DNA of 57,674 bases, from the NCBI GenBank assembly GCA_038831915.1, contig JAWBKB010000009.1, positions 1-57,674 of the forward strand, written 5' to 3'. Position 1 is the first letter of the stretch; each line of letters opens with the position of its first letter. The notes beneath the pieces were generated by a model, which was given only the letters and a program-made list of their open reading frames with translations, was not told the origin of the DNA and made no database searches. The position numbers and the translations under genes are program-made. Source of the DNA: Candidatus Caldarchaeum sp. Lineage in GTDB: Archaea; Thermoproteota; Nitrososphaeria_A; Caldarchaeales; Caldarchaeaceae. Of this stretch, positions 39,035 through 49,507 are shown one piece after another.

Positions 39035-39040
39035 AACAAA

Positions 39041-41347
39041 ATGCAGACATCGCTCAAATACGTGGGAAAAGATTGGCCGAGACGCGACGCAATCCAACGT
39101 GTGACTGGCCGGACAAAGTACACGGCAGACACACTGCCCGGTAAAGCTCTCTACGCCGCCCTACTTCATTCACCATATCCGCACGCCGTCGTCAAACACG
39201 TCGACGCATCAAAAGCACTGAAAATGAACGGCGTCAAAGCCGTTTTAACGCCGTTCAACGTTCCGCAACACAGGTTTGGACGAACTTTTTCACCTGTTCC
39301 GTGGAAAGTCATTCAAGACCGTAGGCTCATCGACTCAGTGCAGAGATTCGCCGGAGACATAGTCGCAGCCGTGGCAGCTGAAACCCCCGAAACGGCCATG
39401 GACGCCGTCGAAGCCATCGAAGTCGACTACGAAGTCCTTGAATACGTGGACTCGGCCCCGAAGGCCCTTGAACCCGACGCTCCTCTCGTTCATACAGAAA
39501 TCGAAGTAGGAGGCGTTGTCAAGAAACTGACGTCAAATGTCGGATACGCCGACGTTGTTGAAGTCGGGAACCGAGACCAAGCATATTCACGGGTCAGCAA
39601 AACGTACGAAGACAGCTTCAAGACACAGATTCTATACAACGCCGCGATTGAACCGCGGGCGATGATTGTTTCGCCCAGACCGGACGGGTCTTTGGATGTT
39701 TACTGTACTACTCAGTCGATTCACGGCACGCGTTACTGGCTTTCAAAAGCTCTCCAGCTACCGATGCACAAAATCGTTGTTCACGGCATGGTTTTGGGCG
39801 GCGGGTTCGGAGCCAAGTATAATCTCGCGATTCACGAACCTGTCATCGCCTATCTTGCTCTCGTCACAGCACGTGTTGTGAAATTTGTTTCCTCTCGTCA
39901 AGAGGATTTCTATACGACGGCTCGTAGAGCGGCTTACATGGATGCCCGCATCGGTGTTTCGAGCGACGGGCGCATAGAGGCGATGGAGATGAAAGCGGTT
40001 CTGCAGAGCGGTGCTTACGCGGACCATATGATAGAAGCCGTCACGTGCACTGGAGGATGGTTCATCTCCAGTTACGCTGCTTCCTACCGATATTTCGACG
40101 GAAAAGGTGTGTACACCAATTTGCCTGTCTGCGGAGCGATGCGTGGGTTTGGAAACCCGCAACAAAACTTCGCCCTTGAATCACTTATCGACGAAATAGC
40201 TGAAGACTTGGGAATGGACCCTCTCGAATTCCGCCTCAAAAACCTCCCCAAGGAAGGTGACATCTACTATGGTCAGGGCCCGACGGTTACAACCGTGATT
40301 CGTTCGATGAAGCTCGAGGAGGTGGCTCGAAGGGCTGCCAAAGCTTTCGGCTGGACAACCGAGTCCAAAGTTGTTAATGGTGTAACGTATGCATGCGGTG
40401 TCGCCGTCGGCCATCATACTTCTGGCACAGGTGGGCAGATGTCTGAAAACCAGGACCGTCAAGAAGGGGCAGGAGTAGTTTTAAAGCTCAACGAAGACGG
40501 AACAATTACTCTGAACACAGCCATGGTAGAGATGGGCCCCGGTGAACATGAAACACTGGCAGCTATCTGTGCGGAAAGTCTCGGAGTTAAACCCGAACAG
40601 GTTTACGTTGAAATCGGCAATACTCAATACGCGCCTTTCGACATGGGAACCCACGCGAGCAGAGGAACATATGTAGGGGGACTCAGCGTCATCGCGGCTG
40701 TTGAGAAGCTTCGTGAACAGATTCTTAAGCAGGCAGCGGATATGATGGAATGTTCTCCCCGAGACTTGGTCATCGAGGACGGAGAAATCAAGCACGTCGA
40801 ATTTGCGGAGAAAAAGATAACGTTGTCTGATGTTGCGATGCGGTATAAGATTCGGAAAGGCTTTCTCCCGATAGCGGTCAGCGGTCTCAGGCCCAACGCG
40901 GCGCCTCCGAGCTGGGCTGTCATTTTCGCCGAAGTATCTGTTGACCTTGAAACAGGACAAGTAAAAGTTCAGAGAATAGCCGGCGGCTACGACATCGGCA
41001 AAGTGGTGAATTATTCGGAGGCTGTCGGTCAGGCTCACGGCGGTATTGCGACCGGTGTAGGATATGCTTTGACCGAGGAGGTGGTCGTCGTAGACGGCAA
41101 ATACGCCAACCCGAGCTTTATGGACTATTTACTTCCATCGGCCACGGAAATCGGCAAAGTTTCCGTGTTTTTCGCCGACTCGTACGACCCATATGGTCCA
41201 TATGGAGCTAAAAGCATCGGAGAACTCGCCACAAACGCTGTTGCTTCCGCGATCGCCAACGCCGTTTCGCGTGCGGTTGGAAAAAGATTTAGAAAGCTAC
41301 CGTTAACTCCTGAAACAGTTCTCAAAGAGCTGAGACAAAGCTATTAG
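39041..41347 (+). CDS. Xanthine dehydrogenase family molybdopterin-binding subunit (second paralogue)
   Basis: LGGGFGAK, AMRGFGNPQ, THASRG and GAKSIGE motifs. Confidence 0.9.
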   Translation: MQTSLKYVGKDWPRRDAIQRVTGRTKYTADTLPGKALYAALLHSPYPHAVVKHVDASKALKMNGVKAVLTPFNVPQHRFGRTFSPVPWKVIQDRRLIDSVQRFAGDIVAAVAAETPETAMDAVEAIEVDYEVLEYVDSAPKALEPDAPLVHTEIEVGGVVKKLTSNVGYADVVEVGNRDQAYSRVSKTYEDSFKTQILYNAAIEPRAMIVSPRPDGSLDVYCTTQSIHGTRYWLSKALQLPMHKIVVHGMVLGGGFGAKYNLAIHEPVIAYLALVTARVVKFVSSRQEDFYTTARRAAYMDARIGVSSDGRIEAMEMKAVLQSGAYADHMIEAVTCTGGWFISSYAASYRYFDGKGVYTNLPVCGAMRGFGNPQQNFALESLIDEIAEDLGMDPLEFRLKNLPKEGDIYYGQGPTVTTVIRSMKLEEVARRAAKAFGWTTESKVVNGVTYACGVAVGHHTSGTGGQMSENQDRQEGAGVVLKLNEDGTITLNTAMVEMGPGEHETLAAICAESLGVKPEQVYVEIGNTQYAPFDMGTHASRGTYVGGLSVIAAVEKLREQILKQAADMMECSPRDLVIEDGEIKHVEFAEKKITLSDVAMRYKIRKGFLPIAVSGLRPNAAPPSWAVIFAEVSVDLETGQVKVQRIAGGYDIGKVVNYSEAVGQAHGGIATGVGYALTEEVVVVDGKYANPSFMDYLLPSATEIGKVSVFFADSYDPYGPYGAKSIGELATNAVASAIANAVSRAVGKRFRKLPLTPETVLKELRQSY

Positions 41348-41378
41348 GTAACCGATGCTTTGAATTCCGGGGACATTT

Positions 41379-42416
41379 ATGCGCAAAGCCGTGCTAATTA
41401 GAGGAGATGGAACCGGACCGGAGCTGACAGCGGCCCTCAAACAGGTTTTCGAAGCCGTCTCTCCTCCTCTTGAGTTGATTGAATGTGAAGCCGGCTCGGA
41501 ATGGTGGATGAAACATGGAGGAGACAGCATGATTCCGCCTGAAACGTGGGAGGCCATCAAATCAAGCGACGCATGTTTCAAATCTCCGACGACTACTCCT
41601 CCAGACCCGAAAGCACCCCGAAGCGTAGCCGTTTCTATAAGGCAGGAAATGGACCTCTACGCAAACATCAGGCCCATCAGAACCTTTAAAGGAGCAGAAA
41701 GTCCGTTGTCTCAAATTTTCGGCGACTTCGAGTTTGTATGCGTGAGAGAAGCAACTGAAGGCCTTTACTCCGGCATCGAATATAGGCTGACCGACGATGT
41801 TTCGATTGCTGTGCGGAAAATCACAGCCCGTGGAAGCGAAAGAATCGCCCGCGTAGCCTTCAAAGCGGCTCTCGAAAGGGGCTGGAGCAAAGTAATCGTA
41901 ATCACGAAACGGAACATTCTCCGCGTCACGGACGGTGTGTTCTGGAACGCGGTGGAAAAAGTCGCCAAAGAATACCCCGACATCGAATACGAGGAATATT
42001 ACATCGACAACATGTCTCAGCAACTAATCAAAAACCCTGACCGCTTCAACAATAACGTTTTACTCAGCACAAACCTTTTTATGGATGTTTTGTCCGAGGC
42101 TGCTTCAGGCCTTGTCGGAAACATCGGCATGGTGTACGCCGCAAACATCGGAGACAGATACGCGATGTTCGAACCAGCACACGGGAGCGCACCAAAATAC
42201 AAAGGGATGAACCGCGTCAACCCCACAGCCACAATTCTCGCTGGCGCTTGGATGCTCAAATACCTCGGACTAACCAAATACGGCGAAGCAATCGAAAAAG
42301 CGACGGAACAAGTTATCGCCGAGAAGAAATATGTAACAGTCGACCTCGGAGGAAGTGCGAAAACAAGCGAAATGGCCGCGGCGATAGCGGGAAAAGCCGC
42401 GGAAATTCTTTCCTGA
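41379..42416 (+). CDS. Isocitrate/isopropylmalate dehydrogenase family (probably isocitrate dehydrogenase)
   Basis: GDGTGPE, LYANIRP, REATEGLY, NLFMDVLSE and FEPAHGSAP motifs; adjacent to sdh. Confidence 0.85.
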   Translation: MRKAVLIRGDGTGPELTAALKQVFEAVSPPLELIECEAGSEWWMKHGGDSMIPPETWEAIKSSDACFKSPTTTPPDPKAPRSVAVSIRQEMDLYANIRPIRTFKGAESPLSQIFGDFEFVCVREATEGLYSGIEYRLTDDVSIAVRKITARGSERIARVAFKAALERGWSKVIVITKRNILRVTDGVFWNAVEKVAKEYPDIEYEEYYIDNMSQQLIKNPDRFNNNVLLSTNLFMDVLSEAASGLVGNIGMVYAANIGDRYAMFEPAHGSAPKYKGMNRVNPTATILAGAWMLKYLGLTKYGEAIEKATEQVIAEKKYVTVDLGGSAKTSEMAAAIAGKAAEILS

Positions 42417-42468
42417 GATTTTTATATACAAATCTTATAAACCAAGAGGATGTAGAATATTCTGAGAA

Positions 42469-42666
42469 ATGCCGCTAGAAGCGATGGTCTACATCAGGAA
42501 GAAGAGACACGTAAGCGGCAAAACCTATCTCTACATACACATCCCTTCGCGTGTCGCTTCTGACAGCCAATTCAGGTTTCGAGTCGGTGAAAAGCTTCGT
42601 ATGGTTGTTGAGCCTGAAAAAGGACGAATCACGTTGCAGAAGATGAAAACTATGAAATCCGGTTAG
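42469..42666 (+). CDS. Small AbrB/MazE-type DNA-binding protein
   Basis: YIHIPSRVASDSQFRFRVGEKLRMVV. Confidence 0.65.
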   Translation: MPLEAMVYIRKKRHVSGKTYLYIHIPSRVASDSQFRFRVGEKLRMVVEPEKGRITLQKMKTMKSG

Positions 42667-42698
42667 CGTTAAATTGTGGAAAGGCGTTTTGCATTCGA

Positions 42699-44414
42699 AT
42701 GGTAGCTGATATAGATGTTGACGTAGCCGTCCTCGGCTCGGGGCTGGCAGGGCTGAGGGCGGCTATTGAAGCGGCGCGGACAGCGCGGGACAAAATTACC
42801 GTCGGGGTTTTCACGAAGACTCAGGTGATGCGTTCGCATTCTGTTTCGGCGGAAGGTGGTACTGCGGCCGTGCTCTATCCTGAGGAAGGAGATTCGTTGA
42901 ACTCCCACGCGTATGACACGGTTAAGGGGTCTGATTTCCTCGCGGACCAGGACGCAGTCGAATTGTTCGTAAAGAAAGCACCTGAGGAAATTTTACAGCT
43001 TGAAAGATGGGGGATGCCTTGGGCGCGAAGACCAGACGGCAGAATAGCTCAAAGGTTCTTCGGTGGACAAAGCTATCCGCGGGCCTGCTACGCCGAAGAC
43101 AAGGTCGGGTTCTTCGAAATGAGCACGCTCTACGACACCGCTCTGAAATATGACAACATCAAGTTCTTTCCGGAGTGGGCGGCTGTCGACCTTTTTGTGG
43201 AGAACAACAAATTTAAGGGATTTGCAGCGCTCGAGCTAAAAACCGGGAAGATTCATAAAGTAGCTGCGAAGGCCTGCGTATTGGCCACCGGCGGCGCAGG
43301 CCGTATGTATTCTTTCGCATCATTCGGCTATTCATCGACTCCCGACGGATACTACATCGCCTACAAAGTCGGCGTTCCCCTTAAAGATATGGAATTTGTC
43401 CAGTTTCATCCCACCGGCCTTGTTCCGTCAGGTATTCTAATCACGGAAGCGGCTAGAGGCGAAGGAGGCATCCTAATCAATTCAAAAGGCGAGCGATTCA
43501 TGAAGAAATACGCTCCAGAAAAATTGGAGCTCGCCCCACGAGACATCGTTTCACGAGCCATGTATAATGAAATCGTTGAAGGATACGGTGTAGAAGGCCC
43601 AGACGGTGTAAAGCATCTGTATCTCGACCTTCGTGAGTTGGGTGCTGAAAAAATCAAGGAAAGGCTAGCCGGAATCCGCGAATACTGCATGCGGTTGGCC
43701 GGCATCGACCCCATCGACGAACCCATCCCCGTGAGGCCGGTAGCACACTATTACATGGGAGGCGTTGACACGAACATCATGGGGGCGACCAATGTGGCTG
43801 GTCTCTGGGCAGCCGGCGAGGTCGCCTGCGTATCCATCAATGGAGCCAACAGGCTTGGCAGCAACTCGACGACGGAATGCCTTGTTTGGGGAGCGATCAC
43901 GGGCCATGCAGCGGCTGAATACGTTCTCGCGGGACACAACAATTCATTAGTCAACAATCAGGATTCCGCGTACATCGAAAAACACGTCTACGATGAGCTT
44001 CTGGGAAAAGCGCCTAAAGAAAACCCTTACGACATCCGTGACGAGCTTCAGAAAACCATGGAGCGAACCTGCCACATCTACCGTGAAGAAAAAGGTATGC
44101 TCGAAGGACTCGAATCAATTCGCAAACTGAAAGAAAGAATGTTTCGAGGAGTGGTTGACAGCAGTCGCTACTACAACACCAATTTGATGAATGTTTTAGA
44201 GATAGAGATGATGCTTGAGGTGGCTGAAGTGATTTTGGTGTCGGCGTTGAACAGGAAAGAATCACGTGGAGCACATGCGCGTGTCGACTATCCTAAACGC
44301 GACGACGTAAACTTCCTCAAACACACGTTGGCATATTACACCGAGGATGGTCCACGCATCGAATACGTCAGCCCCGTGATTAACAAGTACATGCCCACCG
44401 AAAGGAGGTACTGA
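42699..44414 (+). CDS. sdhA: Succinate dehydrogenase flavoprotein subunit
   Basis: GSGLAG, RSHSVSAEGG (FAD-His), QFHPT, HYYMGG, GANRLGSNS and ESRGAH motifs. Confidence 0.96.
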   Translation: MVADIDVDVAVLGSGLAGLRAAIEAARTARDKITVGVFTKTQVMRSHSVSAEGGTAAVLYPEEGDSLNSHAYDTVKGSDFLADQDAVELFVKKAPEEILQLERWGMPWARRPDGRIAQRFFGGQSYPRACYAEDKVGFFEMSTLYDTALKYDNIKFFPEWAAVDLFVENNKFKGFAALELKTGKIHKVAAKACVLATGGAGRMYSFASFGYSSTPDGYYIAYKVGVPLKDMEFVQFHPTGLVPSGILITEAARGEGGILINSKGERFMKKYAPEKLELAPRDIVSRAMYNEIVEGYGVEGPDGVKHLYLDLRELGAEKIKERLAGIREYCMRLAGIDPIDEPIPVRPVAHYYMGGVDTNIMGATNVAGLWAAGEVACVSINGANRLGSNSTTECLVWGAITGHAAAEYVLAGHNNSLVNNQDSAYIEKHVYDELLGKAPKENPYDIRDELQKTMERTCHIYREEKGMLEGLESIRKLKERMFRGVVDSSRYYNTNLMNVLEIEMMLEVAEVILVSALNRKESRGAHARVDYPKRDDVNFLKHTLAYYTEDGPRIEYVSPVINKYMPTERRY

Positions 44415-44416
44415 AA

Positions 44417-44887
44417 ATGAGCACGTTAATTACCGCTTTGAAGACTTGGCTGTTACCTTTCCGCTACGGGCTGGAACGCTGGAGCTACACGTTGCAGCGT
44501 GTTTCCGGCGTCGCCATCACACTCTACTTCGTAATGCATGTCGCGAGCACGGGACAAGTGGTAGGCGGCCCGTCCGTGTGGACTGTTCCACCGTATGACT
44601 TCGCCAAATCTGTTTGGAACGAAACCAAACAGTTTCTCGCCAACCCGGTTTTCGACGCAGGTCTTGTAATACTAGGATTCATGATTTTCTTCCACGCGTT
44701 CAACGGCGTCCGACTGGTCCTCGCCCATTTCGGATTCATACTTGAGAAACCAACCAGGCCTGAATATCCCTACCGTCCAGGCTCCATGTCGAAAGTCCAA
44801 CGGGCGATTTTCTGGATAACCGTGTTGCTTGCGACCGCATCCGTCATCTATTCTCTTGACATCTTCTTCAAGGTGTTGCAGCTATGA
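44417..44887 (+). CDS. sdhC: Succinate dehydrogenase cytochrome b subunit
   Basis: LQRVSG, MH and FHAFNGVR motifs; 3 TM. Confidence 0.85.
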   Translation: MSTLITALKTWLLPFRYGLERWSYTLQRVSGVAITLYFVMHVASTGQVVGGPSVWTVPPYDFAKSVWNETKQFLANPVFDAGLVILGFMIFFHAFNGVRLVLAHFGFILEKPTRPEYPYRPGSMSKVQRAIFWITVLLATASVIYSLDIFFKVLQL

Positions 44888-45246
44888 AGGCAAAAACCGT
44901 TCAACTACTACACTACATCACGGGGTTGGGAATATTAATCGCAGGTGGCATTCATCTCGCGACCGTTTTTCTATTAAGCCTATACGAGGAAAGCATGGCG
45001 TTCGACGGACATCCATTATCAGTTATGGCTGTCTACCGAAACATTTTCCTCGCCGCGACCCTTCAAGCCCTACTCGTCCTAGTGGCTTTCCACGGATTCA
45101 ACGGTCTTCGGACGATTTTGTCCGAGCTTTACCAAGGCCCGACGTATCTCAAAATCGTCAACATCGTAATCATCATTGCGGCGGTAGCCGTGGTCATCTA
45201 TGGCACGAGAACAATCGTAATAGCCAACATCTTGGGGAACATGTAG
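44884..45246 (+). CDS. sdhD: Succinate dehydrogenase membrane anchor
   Basis: LHYITG, IH and FHGFNGLR motifs; 3 TM. Confidence 0.85.
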   Translation: MKAKTVQLLHYITGLGILIAGGIHLATVFLLSLYEESMAFDGHPLSVMAVYRNIFLAATLQALLVLVAFHGFNGLRTILSELYQGPTYLKIVNIVIIIAAVAVVIYGTRTIVIANILGNM

Positions 45247-45256
45247 GAGGTGAAAC

Positions 45257-45973
45257 GTGTTGGAGGAAGTAAAGTTCAAGGTTTTCCGGTACGACCCCGA
45301 CAAAGACGGACGCAAACATTTCCAGGAATTTAAAGTTCCGACGCGGAAAGGTATGACAGTTCTCCAAGGTCTCCTTTACATCAAGGAGAAGCTCGAGCCC
45401 ACTTTGTCGATACGCTTTTCATGCAGAATGGCGACATGCGGCTCATGCGGCATGATGATAAACGGTCTTCCACGGCTCGCATGCTACACCCTCATTCAGG
45501 AGCTGAAATCACGAACCATAGTCGTCGAACCTCTACGAAACTTCCCCATAATCAAGGACCTGGTCACTGATTTTGAAGAGTTTTTCGAGAAACATCGCGC
45601 CGTCAAGCCATATCTTATCCGCGTGGACACATACGAACAGGAGAAATCCAACATATCCTATCTGCAGAGCGACGAAGAACTCGAAAGATATGTTCAGTTT
45701 GCGTATTGTATTAAATGCGGTCTCTGCTATGCTGCGTGTCCGATCGTGGCGACTGACAAAACATTCCTCGGGCCTCAGGCTCTTGCACAGGCTTACAGGT
45801 ATTATGCAGACAGCCGGGATGAGGGAGGCGTTGATAGGTTGAAGCCGTTCGCCGACGGATGGTCTCTGCTCCGATGCCATTTCGCAGATTCCTGCAGCAA
45901 AGTCTGCCCGAAAGGAGTAGACCCAGCACTTGCAATCCAGCTTCTCCGCCGCGAAGTTCTCCTACGGACATAG
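45257..45973 (+). CDS. sdhB: Succinate dehydrogenase iron-sulfur subunit
   Basis: SCRMATCGSC...C (2Fe-2S), CIKCGLCYAACP (4Fe-4S) and CHFADSCSKVCP (3Fe-4S). Confidence 0.96.
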   Translation: MLEEVKFKVFRYDPDKDGRKHFQEFKVPTRKGMTVLQGLLYIKEKLEPTLSIRFSCRMATCGSCGMMINGLPRLACYTLIQELKSRTIVVEPLRNFPIIKDLVTDFEEFFEKHRAVKPYLIRVDTYEQEKSNISYLQSDEELERYVQFAYCIKCGLCYAACPIVATDKTFLGPQALAQAYRYYADSRDEGGVDRLKPFADGWSLLRCHFADSCSKVCPKGVDPALAIQLLRREVLLRT

Positions 45974-45979
45974 TAACCG

Positions 45980-46906
45980 ATGAACCCGTTAACGCTTCTC
46001 GCCGACCCATCCAAAGTCAAGAACATAGACGCACCAAAGGACATCAGAAAAGCATTATTGGTCTTCACGGCGGCGGCAATATCCCAGATACTCATATCGC
46101 TATACGTTTTCCAGTTTAAGACGGTTCATGAAATCGCTCTCGGGCCTTATTCACGTGTTGAGCTTCGGCTTTTCCAAACCGATTACCTCGTGATGTCAAG
46201 CCTTGTGACGGTCTTCGTTGCCCTCGTCATCTTCGTCGGAGTAGGACGGATTTTTGGAAGATTCCTCGGGAAAACACATTCGTCGATGCGCGTATTTCTT
46301 ACCGCTTTCCTTTATCTTTTCTCGATTTTTGCAATCATCAACGTGTTGTTTTTGGTTTCAGCCACTTTCTCGAGTCCACAGAAATACTACGTATTCGGCG
46401 CGGAATTTAGAGAAGTGGTTTTCCGGGATGCGTCGCTTACATGGGTTGACGAAAACGGTGTTAAGCAGGCCATCAGTTCTGACGTCGTTTATGCCAGGAA
46501 GGCCAATATCACTCGGGTGGACGTGGAGGGAAAAGCTGTGCAGCCCGGTGCGTATTCGTCTGCGGACATCGAAAAAATCATCCAAACAACCGTGCCTCTG
46601 GCCTTCCTCGAACAGCCATTAGCCCCTCCCCATGTTCTTCCAGAAAAAATAACAGTTGAATCATTTGAATTCAAGGAATTGGTTTCCCGTAACATCGTGT
46701 TGAATTCCATCGCTTTAGTAAGCGACCAAGCCGGCGGGTATCTCCCGACATTGAGCGTCGTCAAGAACTTCCTGTGGAGAGTTGCGATGTCGGTTTATGC
46801 AGGACTTTTTGTGATGCATCTGCATCAAACTTCACGCAAATCCGCGTTACTTGTCATGATTTTTACATATATAGCGGCGACTAACCTCGTTCCTGCTCTT
46901 TCCTGA
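45980..46906 (+). CDS. Hypothetical multi-pass membrane protein (Yip1-like topology with large loop)
   Basis: About 5 hydrophobic segments; 308-aa ORF following sdhB. Confidence 0.65.
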   Translation: MNPLTLLADPSKVKNIDAPKDIRKALLVFTAAAISQILISLYVFQFKTVHEIALGPYSRVELRLFQTDYLVMSSLVTVFVALVIFVGVGRIFGRFLGKTHSSMRVFLTAFLYLFSIFAIINVLFLVSATFSSPQKYYVFGAEFREVVFRDASLTWVDENGVKQAISSDVVYARKANITRVDVEGKAVQPGAYSSADIEKIIQTTVPLAFLEQPLAPPHVLPEKITVESFEFKELVSRNIVLNSIALVSDQAGGYLPTLSVVKNFLWRVAMSVYAGLFVMHLHQTSRKSALLVMIFTYIAATNLVPALS

Positions 46907-47612
46907 ATGTTTTGCCGTCTGCGGAGATTTCGCCCGCCATTATCCGAGTGGTTGAAACAGGGTAGCCATCGTCGGCTACCACGAGGGGACAAACGTAAAC
47001 GTCGAGCGGGGGCAGATTGCGTTCAGTTCTTTTCATGTTGATTTCGCCCGCCCGGTAAGCGGTTGCAGGGCTTGTTACCAAAACTTCTATCGCAGGGTCT
47101 TCAACCGTGGGTCCATAAGGGTCTTCAAGAGCTGTTATCCGAGTTCTTTCTAACCAACCTTGCCTCGAAAGAAAATCCCTGAGCTGTTTAACCCTCTCCT
47201 CATATGGCGGTATTGGATGCTTTTTGCCCAGCTTCGCGACGAAATTGTCCGACGACACACCTAACAAAACTTTTTCCGCCTTAGAATAAGCGGTGGCCAG
47301 CAGAGCCATGTGTCCAACATGTAAAATGGAAAATGTCCCTCCCAACGCAGCTAACGAATACACTGGCTGTTCATGAAGACCCTCCTTCAACATCTCCAAC
47401 ACTTCATCGCCGGTTTTTCGAAGTTCCCAGAGAATTACCATTGCCTCTCCTCTTGTAGCTCCGATTCTCTGAACCAGCTCTTCCACCGAAACATTCGGCT
47501 TGGTTAGGAGAATTTCGTCCCTAACGTACGCCTTGTGGCTTGCGTAAAGAGGAAGAGCATGAACGGTTTCGACGAGAACGTTCCACTCTACTTGTCGGCT
47601 TTTGGAGCACAT
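46881..47612 (-). CDS. coaD: Phosphopantetheine adenylyltransferase (archaeal/eukaryotic type) with N-terminal extension
   Basis: LGGTFSILHVGH, DPYGPT and PVSTTRI motifs. Start reassigned to MCSKSR. Confidence 0.85.
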   Translation of the reverse strand: MCSKSRQVEWNVLVETVHALPLYASHKAYVRDEILLTKPNVSVEELVQRIGATRGEAMVILWELRKTGDEVLEMLKEGLHEQPVYSLAALGGTFSILHVGHMALLATAYSKAEKVLLGVSSDNFVAKLGKKHPIPPYEERVKQLRDFLSRQGWLERTRITALEDPYGPTVEDPAIEVLVTSPATAYRAGEINMKRTERNLPPLDVYVCPLVVADDGYPVSTTRIMAGEISADGKTFRKEQERG

Positions 47613-47727
47613 CGCTCTATAAGCCCGCTTTGCCGATATATGTTTTCGTCGACCTGGCTCATGGTAGTTTTGTTGTAGGATTCTGCGAAACACTTAATAC
47701 GTTTTTTAGGATGGGTTAATTCGCGGA

Positions 47728-47979
47728 ATGGAGACGAGCGGCGAACTGCTGAACTCGCTGACGGAACAACTTGATTACTGTGAAAAAATGCTCGCCATGG
47801 AGGCGCGTCTCGACCTCGTCGTAATCATGCTCGAAGACATTATCGAAAAACTTTCCAACCCGCCCTTTGAAATACACGAAGAAATCAGATCGAAGCTTTT
47901 GGAAAAAGCCAAAGTATGTTACTACCGAGCCAAGACACTTCTTTACTTAACCGAAACAACACGCGGCGCGAAATACTGA
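47728..47979 (+). CDS. Hypothetical helical protein
   Basis: 83-aa ORF with ATG and upstream AT-rich box; no motif recognised. Confidence 0.6.
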   Translation: METSGELLNSLTEQLDYCEKMLAMEARLDLVVIMLEDIIEKLSNPPFEIHEEIRSKLLEKAKVCYYRAKTLLYLTETTRGAKY

Positions 47980-48066
47980 AATCGCTTTTCCCGAAAAACT
48001 GTTTCTGCGAAATTTTAACGAAATCAAATACTGTTATATATCGTCGTATCTTCTGTATGCATAGCC

Positions 48067-49506
48067 ATGGAAGACCTGTTAAACTACGTGATAAAAGTCG
48101 GCGGTCAGCTCGGCGCGTCCTACATAGAAGCCCGGTACCAAAGAGATCATCAGTCCCAAATCGTTCTTAAAAACGGCGTTGCGGAGGTTTCAGCGGACAT
48201 AGTTGAAAAAGGAATTAGCATCCGCCTCCTGTACAAAGGAAGCCTTGGCTTCGCATACGTCAACAGCTTAGACAGAGCGTCGTTGCGGAAAGCGGTCTCC
48301 ACGGCTTTTTCACTCACCAAAAGTGCTTCACGGCTGTCTCAAAACATTCGGATGTCCGAAGAAAAATTAGTGTCGGCCTCTGACATCGTGAAACCAAGGG
48401 TCAAATACGAAAACATCGACACCGCCGATAAAATCGAGTTGCTGAAGGAAGCCGACGCAGCTGCGGTAAACGCCGCTGATAAACTCGGCGTCAAACTTGT
48501 TTCAAGGTTCATCGAGGTCGGGAAATGGGATACTCAAAAACACATTATAAATTCGGACGGTGGAAACGTCAGGTTTCAAGTACCACGAGTTACAGCCAAT
48601 TACATCATAACCGGCTTTCATCAGCAGAAAGGCGCGGTTCAGCGATTCGAAAACCTTGGAGAATCGTCGGGCTGGGAGGCTGTTGAAAAATGGAACCTGC
48701 CTGAAAGGATGGCTGAAGAATCAAAAGACATCAGCAAAGCCTTGTTGAAGGGTGTTGAACCGCCGCGGGAACCGGTTGACGTCGTTCTCGGCTCTGAAAT
48801 CGTCGGCCTTGTATGCCACGAATCTTGTGGCCACCCTGGAGAGGCAGACCGAATGCTCGGAAGAGAAGCAGCACAAGCCGGTGAAACATACGTAAAGCCG
48901 GAATTATTCGGAACACGCATCGGAACCGAGCTTGTCACAGTCGTCGACGACCCCCGGCTTCCACATTCTTTCGGCTACTACCTGTACGACGATGAGGCCG
49001 TTGCCACGACGGAACGCGTTTTGATCGATAAAGGAATTTTAAGCGGCTTGCTTCACAACCGGGAAACGGCGGCGGAGCTCGGCACGCATAGCAACGGAGC
49101 ATCGCGCGCCAACAGCTACAATAAAGAACCCATCGTCCGTATGGCGAACACATATCTAAAGCCTGGAGACCACAGCCTCGAAGAACTCTTCGAAATCATG
49201 CGGAACGGCGTATACATCAAGAGCTACCAGGAATGGAACATCGATGACAGACGATGGAACCAGCGTTATGTGGGTGTTGTGGCTTACAGAGTCCGAGATG
49301 GAAAGCTCGCGGAAATGATACGGGACCCCGTAGTGGATTTGACAACTAAGGGGCTTTGGTCATCGGTTGCGGCGGTTGCTGACGACCTGCAATTCTACGC
49401 CGGATACTGTGGTAAAGGCGACCCGATGCAAGGCATTCCAGTCTGGTTCGGCGGGCCATCGATTCTACTTCGCGGAATCCGGCTCGGGGTGCGGAGGCCC
49501 TCGTAA
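48067..49506 (+). CDS. tldD: TldD/PmbA family metalloprotease (TldD)
   Basis: HESCGH Zn motif, YDDE, RMANT and C-terminal CGK..P.Q..PV..GGP. Confidence 0.92.
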   Translation: MEDLLNYVIKVGGQLGASYIEARYQRDHQSQIVLKNGVAEVSADIVEKGISIRLLYKGSLGFAYVNSLDRASLRKAVSTAFSLTKSASRLSQNIRMSEEKLVSASDIVKPRVKYENIDTADKIELLKEADAAAVNAADKLGVKLVSRFIEVGKWDTQKHIINSDGGNVRFQVPRVTANYIITGFHQQKGAVQRFENLGESSGWEAVEKWNLPERMAEESKDISKALLKGVEPPREPVDVVLGSEIVGLVCHESCGHPGEADRMLGREAAQAGETYVKPELFGTRIGTELVTVVDDPRLPHSFGYYLYDDEAVATTERVLIDKGILSGLLHNRETAAELGTHSNGASRANSYNKEPIVRMANTYLKPGDHSLEELFEIMRNGVYIKSYQEWNIDDRRWNQRYVGVVAYRVRDGKLAEMIRDPVVDLTTKGLWSSVAAVADDLQFYAGYCGKGDPMQGIPVWFGGPSILLRGIRLGVRRPS

Positions 49507-49507
49507 A

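Noticed and set aside
36740-41347. Aerobic CO dehydrogenase (coxL)
   Set aside because: Neither the AYxCSFR nor the AYRGAGR active-site loop is present; both proteins have XDH-like RGFG.
42699-45973. sdhA-C-D-B gene order as a novelty
   Set aside because: All subunits are canonical, and order variation among archaeal sdh operons is ordinary.
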